Assembly (NCBI GenBank): GCA_039621445.1
Contig: CP154954.1
Span: 30,260,395-30,324,394, forward strand
Origin: Euglena gracilis
Lineage: Eukaryota
Length of the DNA: 64,000 bases
Direction of reading: 5' to 3'
This document shows positions 1 to 12,779 of the stretch, piece after piece (positions within the stretch are counted from its first letter, which is position 1; each line of letters opens with the position of its first letter). The notes beneath the pieces are model-generated. The model had not been told where the DNA came from. It worked only from the letters and a program-made list of their open reading frames with translations, and made no database searches. The translations under genes and the position numbers were made by a program.

Positions 1-13
1 CCAGACCCTGCGC

Positions 14-214
14 AGCAGATAGACCAGTTTGATTTGGTGCTTCTTCGGGTCACGGTTCAGCTTCTCACAGACCAACGCCAACAAGTCCCGGTACAGGACG
101 TCAGGGGGTAGGGAGAGGCGGCGGCGCGTCGTGCGGCTCTGCCGCACATAGTTGACGAAGAAGGTGAGGTCCTCCAGCGTCTTGCGGGCCGGCTGGATGG
201 GGTCCCGGCTGGAC
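14..214 (-). CDS. SIN1: SIN1/Avo1-like protein, exon with RBD-like domain; gene continues beyond the window start
   Basis: Acceptor tttccctcggtcctccag|G at 215-216. Reads SSRDPIQPARKTLEDLTFFVNYVRQSRTTRRRLSLPPDVLYRDLLALVCEKLNRDPKKHQIKLVYL, resembling the ubiquitin-like RBD that follows CRIM in Sin1. The 3' end is set by an N3-CAG donor at 13-8 and is tentative. Confidence 0.65.
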
Positions 215-1815
215 CTGGAGGACCGAGGGAAATGAAGCGTTGCGGGATTTGAAAATGGTCGACCGGTTCTCTGGTTTCTGGTTTGAGGCAGCAAACGTTT
301 TCGAAAAGGAAACCACTGGACAAGTGCAGAGCCACTGGTCAAGGAAGGTGCCGGAGAAAAGTGCTTGGATATTCAGCTCCAGAATAATGGAAAGAGTTTG
401 CATAACTGCAGGATGGAGCAAAGCTGCAGAAAATAAAGAACCAGTATGAAAGGTTTCAGGTTCCCTCGCCGAAAGCCATGGGAATTCTCAGCCAATTGTT
501 TGAGGTGAAAATCCCCCCCAAAAAACCCTGGTCGATGAAAAAGTTGCAAGCCCAGGGCATGGCCGTGGCTGTGACACAGAACGGCAATCCTGGCAAATCC
601 TGCACAAGGCTTTTTTGACTGTGTTCCACCTTGGACAGATTGTCCCAAAATTTCCTGTCTGGTTTTGAGGAGGGAACAGGGGTTTGTTTAAGACTGGGGG
701 GGAGGGGGGTTCCCCACCCACCCATCCCCTGGGGGCCGGCCCCCGGGGGGGGGGGGGTGTCCCGGGGGACCTACTCTCGTTTTCCCGAAAATGGCAAAAA
801 ATCGCGAAAATGCTAAAAATAGCGGCGCCTTCGGCGCCAAAAGGTATATCCCCGGGGGTCCCCCAGGGGGGGGGGGGGCTCGGCTAGACCCACCCACCCT
901 AACCTTACCCCCCCAGGGTCCAAGACGAAAAAAAAATCCCCTGGATCTGAAGTCCAAATGAGAGCCGGTTGCCCCAGACCTGGGGGGGGGGGCTGCCGGC
1001 CTGCGCGGCTACGGGTCCCTCCTGGGGGGGGAGGGGTGCTCATGGCCATTCTCGACCCTTTTTCCTCAAAACTATCAGTCGGGCCTGGGCTGGCCCCAAC
1101 TTTATTTCAGCAGAGGGCAGAGGGGCGTCACACATTGGCTGGGCTGGACCCAGAGGAAGAGTTCCTCAGGCTAAAAAAAAAATGGCCCTGCTTCCGACTC
1201 CCCCCCCCCTAGGGGGATCACTTCCACTCTTCCACTCAATCACTTTTTTTCAGAAAGCCAGTCAGTCATTTTGGCTCCCTGGGATCATGCTTGTGCTTAC
1301 CGACCGGGGGGGGGGGTGCCTGCCCCTGGCAGGCACACCCGGGGGGGGGGGACCCAGAAAATTTTCATTGAAAATGGCCTTTTCCGGGCCCCTGGCGCCT
1401 TCGGCCGGGGTTTTGGGGGGGGGGGGTGCCTGCCTGCCCCTGCCCGTCCCTGGCGCCGAAGGCGCCAGGGACGGGCAGGGGCAGGCAGGCACCCCCCCAA
1501 AAACCTACCCCCCCCCGGGGGTCGGATTGGGTGCTATGTGGTGCCTGCCCCTAGCACCCCCCGCCCCGTGGGGTGGGCACCCGACTAAGCACAGGCCTGC
1601 CTGGGATCCAGTAAAAAAAATTCGACTACAAATGTGAGAAATATATATAAATAAACAAATAAATAATACGGTGCCTTCGGCGGCGAGTCACTTCGGTGGT
1701 TTATCGCCGACCACCCCCCTCTTGGGGGAGGGGGTTTGGATCAAAACCAGTCAGGCACCCCTCCCCTGGGGCAGGGGGTCGACCAGAGACTACTACAAGG
1801 TCCGGGGGCGGACAC

Positions 1816-1922
1816 CCGCTCTCGCTGCCGTCGCTGCAGCACATGACCAGCGTGTCCAGGCGGTTGACCTTGGAGTTCCAGTCCAGCGCCGGGACGTCCT
1901 CCTCGATGGTCCCGGTGTCATC
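1816..1922 (-). CDS. SIN1: SIN1-like exon, C-terminal part of CRIM domain
   Basis: ctgcag|GAT acceptor and GG|GTGTCC donor. Reads DDTGTIEEDVPALDWNSKVNRLDTLVMCCSDGSES, matching the CRIM motif (I/V)AEDDGEV(D/E)xDFP(P/A)LD. Phase 2 matches the next exon. Confidence 0.8.
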
Positions 1923-2680
1923 CTGCAGCAAGGCGGGCACCGGCGCAGGTTGGAATACCGCCATGGCAAGACGTGGTGGAACGGCGCGCGCCAGCGAAAC
2001 ACCGCTCACATGTGACCTCCACCTCCAACACAAAGTAACGGAGAGAAAATGGTTCCGGGCCGGTGGGGAGGGGCTCTGTTTCGGGTGGCAAAGCGCAAAA
2101 GGGATCTGAAAAGGGGGAGGAAACCCCACAAATTTATGCAATCCAGTGAAAATTCCAGATTCAAGCAACCCCTGAAATTGAGGCAAAAGGAAGGGGCAAA
2201 TATAGGAAATACGAAAGCGAAGCGTAAACAAACAAATAAACGCTGAATTTCTGCGGAAACCGGTTGAGGCTGCATGCGTGCATTTTCGCTCTGAAAAAAA
2301 GGCCTCGTCCTTCAATTGGACAAGGATAGACTTTTCTCTGTTGACTATGTGGTCCGAATTTAAGCAACCCCTCATCAGGTACGATGAAACCCAAGTTTCA
2401 GCAACCCCGAAATTTAAACAACCCCTTGAGCGGGCTGAAACATGCGTTGTTTAAATTGTTGGGGGGTGGGGGGTCACGTGACAGTGACCATCGCTGGCCA
2501 CCGTCTGCTTCTGTACAGCGAGTCCTTTTTAATCCACCCCCCCCCATACTCTGATTTTTATCATGGCAGGTCACTACCTGCATTCTCCTTTTCAACGGAC
2601 ATATTCAAACTTGGAAAGGCGGCCGTCAAGGGGGGTTTCAGCCAACAAAATCCGGCCAACCCATTCGCCGCGCCGCACAC

Positions 2681-2916
2681 CTCCGCCACCCGCAGCCGGT
2701 AGAAGTTGGGGTTGGTGTGGAAGAACAGCCGCTGCTCCGGCGCCACGTTCGCCTGCTCGCCCTGCAGCTGCTGCAGCGCGAGCACGATGACGTCCGGCGC
2801 CCGCGCCGTCTCCGGCACCGCGACGTGCAGCTTGTGGAGCAGCGGGCTGCCGTCGCCCGGGGCGGTGCAGGGGACGAACACCCGCTGCCACGGCGGCACG
2901 GGAAAGCTCGGGGGTT
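2681..2916 (-). CDS. SIN1: SIN1-like exon, main CRIM domain
   Basis: Reads PPSFPVPPWQRVFVPCTAPGDGSPLLHKLHVAVPETARAPDVIVLALQQLQGEQANVAPEQRLFFHTNPNFYRLRVAE. Donor GAG|GTGTGC joins in frame to DDTGTIEED. Acceptor is CTG-N6|A (non-conventional). Confidence 0.8.
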
Positions 2917-3256
2917 GGGTCACAGAGTTCACTTATGAGTGACGGCCCAGGGGAAACTTGTGACCCGGGGCCAAACCCACCCGCCTGCTTCTTTTGAAGA
3001 TTCACACATGACCCCCCCCCCCCCCCCCCCCCGAAGGGGTCGACCCACACGCCCACCAAACAACCAAAATGAGCTGAAAACTTTGGGGGGAAATCGACTG
3101 GGCCAGACTGACCTTTGGCGCAGCCCACACCAGAGCAGCGCCCCCCACTCTCGAAACCACACCAACCTGAACCGGGTCGGACCCCCCCCCACCAGATGGG
3201 GGCGGGATGGGGTCTGGCCGCCCAGACGGTTTCCGGGGTCCCATTTCGCCCTGTCC

Positions 3257-3355
3257 GCAGCTGCTGCATCCGCACGCGGTACGTCAGGCACTGGGCGAGG
3301 GCCTCCGTGATGCCCCCGACACACGAGTCTCCGACAGGGCACTGTTGCTTTGGCC
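3257..3355 (-). CDS. exon of the SIN1-like gene
   Basis: Reads PKQQCPVGDSCVGGITEALAQCLTYRVRMQQL. Acceptor gcCTGttcag|G satisfies both CTG-N5|R and AG; donor C|ggaCAG. Phases consistent on both sides. Confidence 0.7.
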
Positions 3356-4398
3356 CTGAACAGGCGCATGTAAGACCAAGGGGGGAGGGAGGGGGTCCTA
3401 CCAACCCACCCAGCCCAGCGAGGGACCTCCCAAGGGACCCCCCCAAAAAATGGGCTGTAAAAGTGCATTTATTTCCCAAAAAAAATCAGGCAGTTTGAGC
3501 CGAAACCCATCCGCAGGTCTACTTCCCGGACCCCCCCCTCCCGGGGGGAGTGGGGGTCCGGCCCCAGACCCACCCACCCCAGGCAGCAGGTGGGGGTCGG
3601 AACCCCCCATCCGGTCCAGGAGGGGGGTACCTTCATTTGCGGTCCTCAAACACCCATCCAAATTCTTTCAGTATTTGCAGAATTTTATGACAGCCATATG
3701 CGTGTGTCCCGTGCGCACAAATCCGACGGGACACACTGGAACACCTACCCCGGGGATCTTAACGGGAACCTCCAATCAGGTTCCAGTTTGAGGGACATAT
3801 GACCGCGGTCTGGGTGACCGGTTTTCTGGGAGACCGATTTGCCGGGCCGAAAAAGTTGGACCCCCCCAAACGGCCAAAAGTGCCATTTTGGGTACTTTTA
3901 GGGCAAAAACTTGTCAAAAATGCAAAAAAAATCTCGGCACAAGGTGCCTGAAGAAAAATGTTTGTCCTTTTAGGGGTCCCGGGTTCCCCGCCCGGGGGGT
4001 CGGTCCAGACCCCCCTGGCAGGTGGGGGGCGGGGTCGAACCATACAATTTTTTTCCAACCCCCCCCCGGGTCACTTCCACTCTCCCAAAAACCAGCCAGT
4101 CACTTTTTCTTTCTGGAAAACCAGTCAGTCACTGTCAAAACTTGACGAAAAGCACAAAAAAGGCCAATTTTTTCCCAGTGCCTTCGGTTACTTCAATGGT
4201 TTTTTGCAGACCCCCTCCAGGGGGAGGGAGTCCGAAAACCAGTCAGTCACTCTGAAAAAAAAAAAACAGTCGCCCACCCCCCGGGGGGAGGGTCAGCCAG
4301 TGACTGAACGATTGCATGGGCCGAACCCCCCCTCCGGCCAGGAGGGGGGGCACCCCCCACCTAAACCCCGTGCGCCCTCCTTATGTCGAAGCCTGATG
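3356..4398 (-). other. non-conventional intron that is a decayed copy of the CAGGGTTCGATATAAGG MITE
   Basis: catCAGGC...GCCTGttcag|G. 4321-4395 and 3800-4030 are homologous to MITE 19759-20152 in the same orientation. Confidence 0.75.
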
Positions 4399-4465
4399 TT
4401 GGCGCAGTGACCTGGGCGTCTATGCTGGGAGGTAGCTCCTTCTCGAAAGTCAGGTCCTCCTCCTC
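4399..4465 (-). CDS. exon of the SIN1-like gene
   Basis: ctcccacag|GAG acceptor. Reads EEEDLTFEKELPPSIDAQVTAP. Donor A|catCAGGC pairs with GCCTG at the intron 3' end; phase 1 fits. Confidence 0.65.
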
Positions 4466-4540
4466 CTGTGGGAGCAATAAAACACGTGGTACAAATTCTT
4501 GCTGCGAAGGAAAACTTGTGGCAGAGTCATTTTAAAAAAA

Positions 4541-4860
4541 AACAACGACGACGACGACGACGACGACAACAACAACAACAACAACAACAGCAACAACAAC
4601 AACAACAAAAGGAGTAATCACAATGATAATGATGATGATGATGGTGATGATAATGATAATGAAATGATAATGATGATGATCATGATGATGATGATGATGA
4701 CGACGACGACGACGATGATGATGATGATGATGATGACGACGACGACGACGACGACTACAGCGACGACGACGACGACGACGATGGCGACGACGACGACGAC
4801 GACGATGATGGCGACGACGACGACGACGACAACAACAACAACAACAACAACAACAACTAA
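4541..4860. repeat. compound trinucleotide microsatellite (GAC/AAC/GAT)
   Basis: Direct inspection. Confidence 0.95.
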
Positions 4861-7800
4861 TGGTAATAAGAAACAAAAAAGCAAATTGAGAAAAGATGCA
4901 AACAGGATCAGGACGGTCCCTAACCTAAAATTCCTGCCCCAATACGCTTCAACTGAAAAATAAGGATTTTTGACATGCAGGCGTCACTCTTCGTCCACTC
5001 CGCAATGGGAAGTGCCCCCTACGGTGGCAAATAACCTTAATGCTTAGGTTGACAGACTGGCAAGTAATGCATGATTTGCCCTGCTCTGGAAATATCTGGG
5101 CTTGCAGCAGGGGTTTCCTTAAGGATTCCCTTTGGGAGGATTCCAGGCCATACAATTGCTTACCGACCCGGGGGGGGGGGTATGGATTAGTTTGCATGAG
5201 GCTGACACTGTGTCTACAGCAACAATGTGTTTCCACCAAGGCCAACGGAGTTGTCTTGTTCAAGAAGGGAGGTGGCATAGAGCTGGACAATGGGTCAGGC
5301 ACAATTGAGGGGGCTGAGGATCACTAAAGATTGGAACCAATCTCCTTAAACCCTGTGAAACCATTTTCCAGGTACATTCAGTGCTTAAACACAGTGTCCT
5401 GGATTAGGTTCTGTCATTGGTATGTGAAGGTGCCCCCAAATACCTGGTGTGGGGGGTGGGAGTGATGTGCCAGAATCAAATTGTTGAATGCACCTGGGAT
5501 TATGGGCGGCAGTGGAATCCGATAAACACTTCACACAAAAGTTGGAATGAAGCGGAAACCAGTTTCGTCAGGGAGGAAGCGGAATCCCGCTTCCTCCCTG
5601 TGTGGGAAGATTTTGCGCTTTCTCTTTGGAAAGTGGTCCCCTGCTACCCACTGGTGGTAGAGACAGCAGAAATGGGACGTGCAGAGACTGATTAGGCTGC
5701 CTGTGTGTCTCCGTGAGCCTTCTGGGAGTACGGTGAGTGTGCAGTTCACCAAGTCATGTGCGGCTGAGAGTCGTCGGTGGGCCTTGAGGACAAAGACAGC
5801 TCTCCGGAGCCCCTCTCCTGACCAGTAGGCGGAGGTGGGCCATGAACATGGCCTGGGAGGAACAAACGGACGAAACCTCACGGATAAGACCCACCTGCCT
5901 GCGCTTTCGCCAGGGAAGAAAGGACTTGAGAGGGGGTATGGGACACAATTCCACATAGCTGGATATTTTTGGAGGGATTTGCATTGTATCTCAAGTTGAA
6001 AGGGGGCCTGTTTAATGGGGAAATGGCCCAGATTTTTCGCAAAGTCCTATCCGGACCATTTGGGCATGTTCTACGACTCAAGAAGATGCAGGTTCCATCA
6101 CAGCACAAGCTAAGCCTTTGTCCACTCACCAACACCCGAAACTCCATCACATACGGCCTAGGTTGAATTGTGTATGTGCCAGATGAAGGCTGCGGGCTCC
6201 GACTTCATCTCCCCCTTGTTTTCGTGCTCCTTCAGACCACTCAGGCCTTCGAAGTCATGGCCGCGAAAAATTAAAATCGTCCGGAGGAAGCGTGATTCCG
6301 CTTCCTCCTGGCCACTATGAAAATTTCAGGGGGTTTCTGCTGTATGCATTCTCCGAACCAGCGCCTACCCTTCATTTCCGCTGATTGACGTCAAATAAGG
6401 AAGCGGTTTTTGGCAACAATCGCTTCCTCTTCTCTTCTCTGTCCTCGTGAGGCCCCGTTTGGGTCATTTTGGGTTTCGGTGCCTCGGAGTGCAGTAGAAC
6501 TGGGCAGTGACGAAGCGGTTTTTCGCTTCATTTGAAAATTTTGTGCACTTTTTGCCGATTTCGGCTTGCACTCAAAAATTCATACCCCTTTTCGCTCATT
6601 TCAGTCTGCTATAGAGGTTCGTTACTCCAAGCCAAAACTCCGGCAGAAATGGCCCAAATACAGCCTCTTCCAAGAAAAGCTAAAAATTTTGGGGGTTCGG
6701 ACGAAGCGTTTTTCCGCTTCCTCCTCTTCCACTTTCCACAAACAGTCCAAAATTTTTGGGCAATTTTCGCCGCCTAAGTTTGCCCCTTTTTTTCATGTTT
6801 TGGGTCAAATTTCCTTTAAATTCCTGAGTGGCCGACCTCCCCGGGAGGGGAGGGGTAGTGACTGACTGGTTTCCCGAAAAGAAGTGACTGACTGGTTTCT
6901 CGAAAAATGGAGTGACCCCCTCCCCCCCCGGGTCGGTAAAAAAATTGTGTGCCCCCACCAGGCCTTCCCATTCTGCCCTGCCTGGAACAGGCAATTGCTT
7001 AAGCACTGACCGACCCCCCCCCCCGGGGGTGGGTGACTGGCCTACAGTGACCCCCCTAACTAAAGTGGAGTATGTGCCTGGCGGGCGCTTGGTGACCGGC
7101 GTCGTAAACAAGGTAAGTCCCGCCAGGCTCCGGCCACCTCCACGCACACAGACAAAAAGTGCCAGAGGCGAGCAACAGCGCCAGGCCAGAAGAAGGGATA
7201 AAAGGCACCAAAAAAACAGCCACAGTGCACACAGGGGGTGGGTGACTGGTTTTTTCAGAGTGACTGACTGGTTTTTGGCCCGGACCCCACCTGGCAACTT
7301 TCCCTCTCAAAGGAGCCTCAAAACACGGCATCCAGCAACTCACAGCAAAACAGCCCACTCAAAGTCATCACCAACATCCCTGTATTGAAGCCTTTTTGCC
7401 TTGGTTTCCCAATCAGTTCCATGTAAACACACCACCCATCCGCTCTCAGAACCATCCGAGATGGCACCACCACAATCAGCCTGAGTCCAGGCACATTTCA
7501 AGCACAATTCAGGCAGCCACCATTAAGCCGCTGGAGACCTCTCGTGAAGCCATAACTGACCCAGGGGTTGGACAACAGTGGATGGGCACTGAAGTCGTCA
7601 CCAATATCAGTCCCCAATATAAGTGGTATAGGGCGAGAACAGCCATCGCCGAACCTGCTCCCCACATGCAACTACTTTGTCTGGCCCACCCATAGGAAGC
7701 GGAAACACGCTTCCCCTGCCTTGTGCTTTCCAGCAGATGATTGCTGTTATAAGGCTTCTTTTTGTGACAATTTTTTTAATGTGGTTAAGACTTTGGATGA

Positions 7801-8476
7801 TGTCTTATGTTGATGAGGTTGATGCCAGTCTTAAAGGTGCCTACTTCTTGTGATATGCAATGGAGGAAGCGGAAAACTGCTTCCCTATAAAAAGTTTCAC
7901 AGGAAGCGGTAATCCGCTTCCGCTGATGTCAAAATTCAAAAAATATGTACACTTTTAGCTACTTCAAAAAGTTCAGGGGGAAGCGTTTTTTCACTTCCCC
8001 CCAAAAAGGAAGCAGATTCCCGCTTCCCCTCCTACACCATTAAAAAACCTCCAAAACTTTCAAGTCAACTCTGGCACCCAAAAATTTTGGGGGGTTTATT
8101 TGTTGCTATTTTCGGGTTGATTTCCAATGCGCCCAGTCAATTTTTTTTCATGGGCAATTTACGCCGCCTAAGCCAAATAGGGGGTCCGGGCCAAAAACCA
8201 GTCAGTCACTCTGAAAAAAACCAGTCAACCACCTCCCCCCCCCCGGGGGGGTCGACCAGTGACTAAATGATTGACTGGTGGGGGGGTCGACCCCCACCCG
8301 GGAGGTGGGGGGGTGACCCCCCACCCACCACAGATTTTCACCAATTCAGGGAAAACGGGGATTTTAGCCGGGGAAAATTTTTGAAAATTATTTTGAAAAA
8401 TGAACCCCAAATACATGATTTTTTGATGGAAACCCACATTTTTTCCCAAAAAAATCTCAAATTTTAGGGTTGAAAA

Positions 8477-8575
8477 TTATTATTACTATTTAGAAAATTA
8501 TTATTACTATTACTATTACTATTATTATTATTACTATTACTATTTATTTATTATTTATTACTATTATTATTACTT
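8477..8575. repeat. (ATT/ACT)n microsatellite
   Basis: Direct inspection. Confidence 0.9.
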
Positions 8576-9390
8576 TTTAGGAGGGGGGTCAAAAAATGCA
8601 GGTCAAGAAAATGGGACCAAATCTTGGAACATTCGAATTTTACTGAGAGTTTTTATTTTTGGAAATCTTTGGATTTTTGGTGGCATTTTTCGCTTCAATA
8701 ACCTCTCAAAATCAAAATTTTGAGCAATGTTGAAATTTTGGAAGGTGTGAAAAAAATGGGGTTTAGGGGGGTTTTTGGGGGGACCCCCTATACGGGTCCC
8801 AAAATAGGTCAAAAATACACCTAGCGCCGAAGGCGCCGGGAAAATTTTTTGGGATCCAAAAATTGGTGTTACCGGAAATACGGGAAGAGGTGGTGGGGGG
8901 GGGGGTCGACCCACCCACCATGCAGGGGGGGGGGGGGGGTCGACCCCCCAAAATCCAAAAATGGATCCAAAAAAAGATCGCCCAAATCCAACTGGTAGTC
9001 AACGAGCCTTGGAGGCAGGCCCCGACGAGGACAGGTCAGCGAGTACGGGATCAGAGGACAATGAGGGGGGATATAGCATTTTCGGCCCACTTGCCGAAAA
9101 AAATATTTTTCCAAATATTTGTCCGCAATCCTCGGGAAATATGTCGTACTTCAACAAATATGGAAAATGTAAAAAAAGGAACAGATCAGCGGGTCCAAGG
9201 GTAGGAGACCGGTTCCTATGTCCACTTGGCAGGTGTTGAAAAACACCAGTGGTGTAGGGGCCTTTCTGTTATTGGGGGGGGGGAGCGGTCCTTGAGGGGC
9301 CGGTCCTCTCCTTTAAAAAAAAATACCATCCCTTACGGACCGCCCTGAACAGGATAGCAAGGATCGTGCTCTGGCAAGGCTGCAGCGTGC

Positions 9391-9507
9391 CTGGTCGGAG
9401 CCTGCCTCCAGTGCGTCACCATCTGGGTCATTGTTAGGGGACTGCTGGAGCGACGTCTCAGAGAACGTCGCGGAAGAATCCAAATCTTCGGCAGCCCTCC
9501 TCCTTTT
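9391..9507 (-). CDS. probable exon of the SIN1-like gene
   Basis: Reads KRRRAAEDLDSSATFSETSLQQSPNNDPDGDALEAGSDQ. Donor CAG|GCACGC (GC-AG), phase 0. Acceptor is purine-rich and weak. Confidence 0.5.
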
Positions 9508-10247
9508 CTGCCTTCAACACCCTTCGGCATGAGGCCGATTGCACCCCACCCCCATCCCCCCCCCCCCGAACGTTGGGACACACGATGGCTCTTGGCGCAG
9601 TGAACCCGTCAAGTATTTAGGTTCTTTGCTGACTGAGGCTCCAAAAAATCATCATTTTCAGGCTTCCCAAAAACAGAAAAATTTTCCTTCGGCGCTTTGT
9701 GCCACGTGTAAACTGGTCTAAATCAAGGTTCCACTTGATTCTTGGTCTGATCTCATTCTTGTGCCTAAAACTGCAGTCAGGAATATTTGAGGGAAGTTTT
9801 CAACCGTCTCCAAGCCAACGGGCTCCATTTGGAGTTGCATGCCAATGTATTTTTAGCACTTTGCATGTATTTATGAGAGAAGAAATGGTGAAAAATCCAA
9901 TCTAAGACTCTCAGACTCTCACGTTGTCCTTTAGAGAACCTGAACAGTGTCTTCCTTCCTTGGCCTTGGAGCGCAGGATCTTTTTCACTTGAAAACATCA
10001 AATTTGAAAGTATGGAAACCCCAGGAAAATAAAAAAAATCCGAAACATCAAAATATGCAAACCCAGAAATCAAAAAAGCGCACAATAATGCATAAAAATG
10101 TGCAAAAATGCACGCAAAATCCACGCTTTACAACGCTCGAAAAAAAAGCAGGGTTTGGGGGGAAATTAAAAAAAAATGTGATAATGCATTGTGCGGATCA
10201 TCGGCAAGGCATCCATGCATTGGTTCCCTGCAACCCAAACGGGACAC

Positions 10248-10440
10248 CGAGGGTCGTTTCGCCCTCTTGTGCGATGGCAGCCGCCCATCGGCAGCGGCGG
10301 GCTGGCGGTCGGAGGTCAGGCAGCGGGCCTGCAGCATCCCCGCCAGGTCGTGCTCCAGCGGGGGGCTGAACGAGGAGGGCAGCTCCACCTGCCGCCCATG
10401 GAGCGTGATGGGCCGGGCCCGGGGCGCGACGCATGGGGAA
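10248..10440 (-). CDS. probable exon of the SIN1-like gene
   Basis: Pyrimidine-rich ctcccccatccag| acceptor. Reads SPCVAPRARPITLHGRQVELPSSFSPPLEHDLAGMLQARCLTSDRQPAAADGRLPSHKRAKRPS. Donor TCG|GTGTCC; GC3-rich codons. Confidence 0.65.
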
Positions 10441-10758
10441 CTGGATGGGGGAGGTAGAACAGCGGGAAATTGGAAAATCGCACAGAAAGCAAAAAAAAAA
10501 ATCCATTAGATTAAAACAAATGATAATTCTGTAAAATAAATGTTTAATAATATATTTATGGAACAAAACCAACATTAAAAAAACACAAAACGAAATGAAA
10601 TATAAAATTTGATAAAAGATTTAACATTAATCAAAACACATATATATTTTAAGTTCAATATGAAATATTCTTTTCATGATAAATACTATCCGTTTTGTTC
10701 ATATTTGCAGCCTGCTTGGATCTGGCGTGAGAGAGACAGCCTCCTCGGTGCGGTAAAC

Positions 10759-10844
10759 CCCGGCCGGGCCGCGTAGGTCGGCAGCCGCACATCAAACTTC
10801 CCGTCGCCGAAGTGGGGCAGCAGGTGGAGGTCCATCGGGCAGCC
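10759..10844 (-). CDS. probable exon of the SIN1-like gene
   Basis: Reads GCPMDLHLLPHFGDGKFDVRLPTYAARP with strong GC3 bias. Boundaries (gag|GGC and GG|GTTTAC) are tentative but phase-compatible. Confidence 0.55.
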
Positions 10845-12625
10845 CTCACGTCATGGTGGCCCTGGCTGCCTCGCACACACAAGGTGGCTGGCACATGTGG
10901 CAAGGTCTGAGGAAGGCGTTCGGGGAGTGCCGAGTGCCAGCTGGCGGGAAGCGCACCAGGGCACTCCGTGTCTTGATTTGCCCATAATGGCGATTGGGAG
11001 CGGTCGACGACTCGAACAGATTCCCAATGGGACAGACGTGGCCGAGGTAACAGCGAAATGGGCAGCGCTGTCTTGACACGTTGAATCTTGAGCTTCTTGC
11101 GCCTGACAGAGAGCGCTGGTTGCACAGTGCGGGGTACATTGTTCTGTAGCATCTCCCATTCGGGGCAAACTCCACAAGTTTCCCAAAGATGTGAGGAGCG
11201 CCCGCACATTCCAGTCCGTAAACTTTTCTGATCATCACAGGCACCAAAAAACTGGGTTCCAAACCAAAAAAAAGTTATAAACCCCCCCCCAAAAAATAAG
11301 ACCCGGGTCTTATTTTTGGGTCCGTTGCCGGAAACCTCCAGGGGGGGGGGGGTCTTATTTTGGGGGGGTCTTATTCTTGGAATTTTCCTTGACCGACCCG
11401 GGCCCGAAATAAACGAAATAAACATCATTTTTCAGGTTCCCAAAAACACTAAGAATTTTCCTTCAGCGCTTCGCGCCATGTGTAAATTTGTGTAAGTTGA
11501 CATTTAGCATGTTTTTTTGCACTTCAAGAATCTGAAATTTTTTGAAATTTCATCATTTTTGTGTGTGAAATTTGGGTTTTTGGCAATTTCACAGGGAAAA
11601 TTTTCACCGTCCCCGGCGCTTCGCGCCGTCAGGGGGGTCTTATTTATGGGGGGGGTCTTATTTTTGGATTTTTGCTCGATCGGCCCAGGGGGGTCTTATT
11701 TTTGGGGGGTCTTATTTTTGGGGTGGGTCTTATTTTTTGGGGGGGGTTACCCTCTCCCTTCTTCTTCCACCCTTTCAAGCATTTGGCTCCTGTTCCCAAA
11801 ATATCTGTAATATCATTCAGTCTATTTATGGGTTCCGGTTGTCCCAGTTCCGGAACAACTGGTTGAAGCCTTGATATCCCATGGTGGGCCTTTTTTCACA
11901 AGGTTTTGGGCACGCTCCGAGGCTGCTAGTACCAAGGGAAAAAAAGTTCCAGGAACTGCCAGTGGTTTCAGGAACTGCCAATCGGCTCCTTTCGAGATTT
12001 TTTTTTCTTGTTTCTTGTGATACTCAAGCTTCAAAACATCGCCTCTGTCGATCGCCGAAAACAAAAAAAATTGGAAAAAAAGGAGATTTGGGACATCTCT
12101 CTGGGGTCCAAAAAAACCAGCCCACAACGCCCCTGCTGGGAATAAAAACAGGGGGTGAATCTCACTTTTTTGCGACGAGAAATAAGGCATAAAAATGTCT
12201 GTTTGTTTGTGTGATTGCGCAAAGAAACCCTAAAAAGCTGAAGCGAGAAGACACATCTAACAAAAAACATCAGTTTCACTTTTTAGGCTTCACTTTTTCT
12301 GAAAAAAAAATTCAGGGGTTTTTTCATTCAGGACATGAAAACTCCTCAAAAAATTGTTTCCTGTGAAAACTTTGGCTGAGCCAAACCACCCCGGGGACAA
12401 GGCCCAGACCCATCCCCCCACCCCCTCCCATGGAAAGAACCACGAATTAACGGTTGTGATTGGGCCGCCTGCATGGGAAAGGCAAGTTCACAGGTAAAGA
12501 CCTTGGCAGGTCCTAAAAAAGAACTGACGTTTTGGAGGCCGAGACCATATATCACGTGTGGGATGAGACCAATCATCACAACGAAAGACTGAAACAGAAA
12601 TGAGCCATCACATCCAACTGCACGC

Positions 12626-12779
12626 CTCGTGTTCAACGGGTAAGGGGAACGGGAAGATGTCCAGACTTGCAGGCCACACCGCGACGGGCCAGACGTGTTT
12701 GCGGGACTCCAGCAACTCACAAACCCCCTGGGTGACATCAGGCGCGGTGAAGTGTGAGGCACGAGAATGCGAAATGGTC
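12626..12779 (-). CDS. probable exon of the SIN1-like gene
   Basis: ctctcag|G acceptor. Reads TISHSRASHFTAPDVTQGVCELLESRKHVWPVAVWPASLDIFPFPLPVEHE. Donor GAG|GCGTGC (GC-AG). Confidence 0.55.

Noticed and set aside
4499-4963. Poly-D/N/M/T ORF and similar YI/ID/SIYL ORFs at 21 kb, 30 kb and 34 kb
   Set aside because: Translations of microsatellites.
7058-7145. Possible extra minus-strand exon (GGGRSLAGLTLFTTPVTKRPPGTYSTL)
   Set aside because: No phase-compatible upstream donor was found; neighbouring exons join without it.
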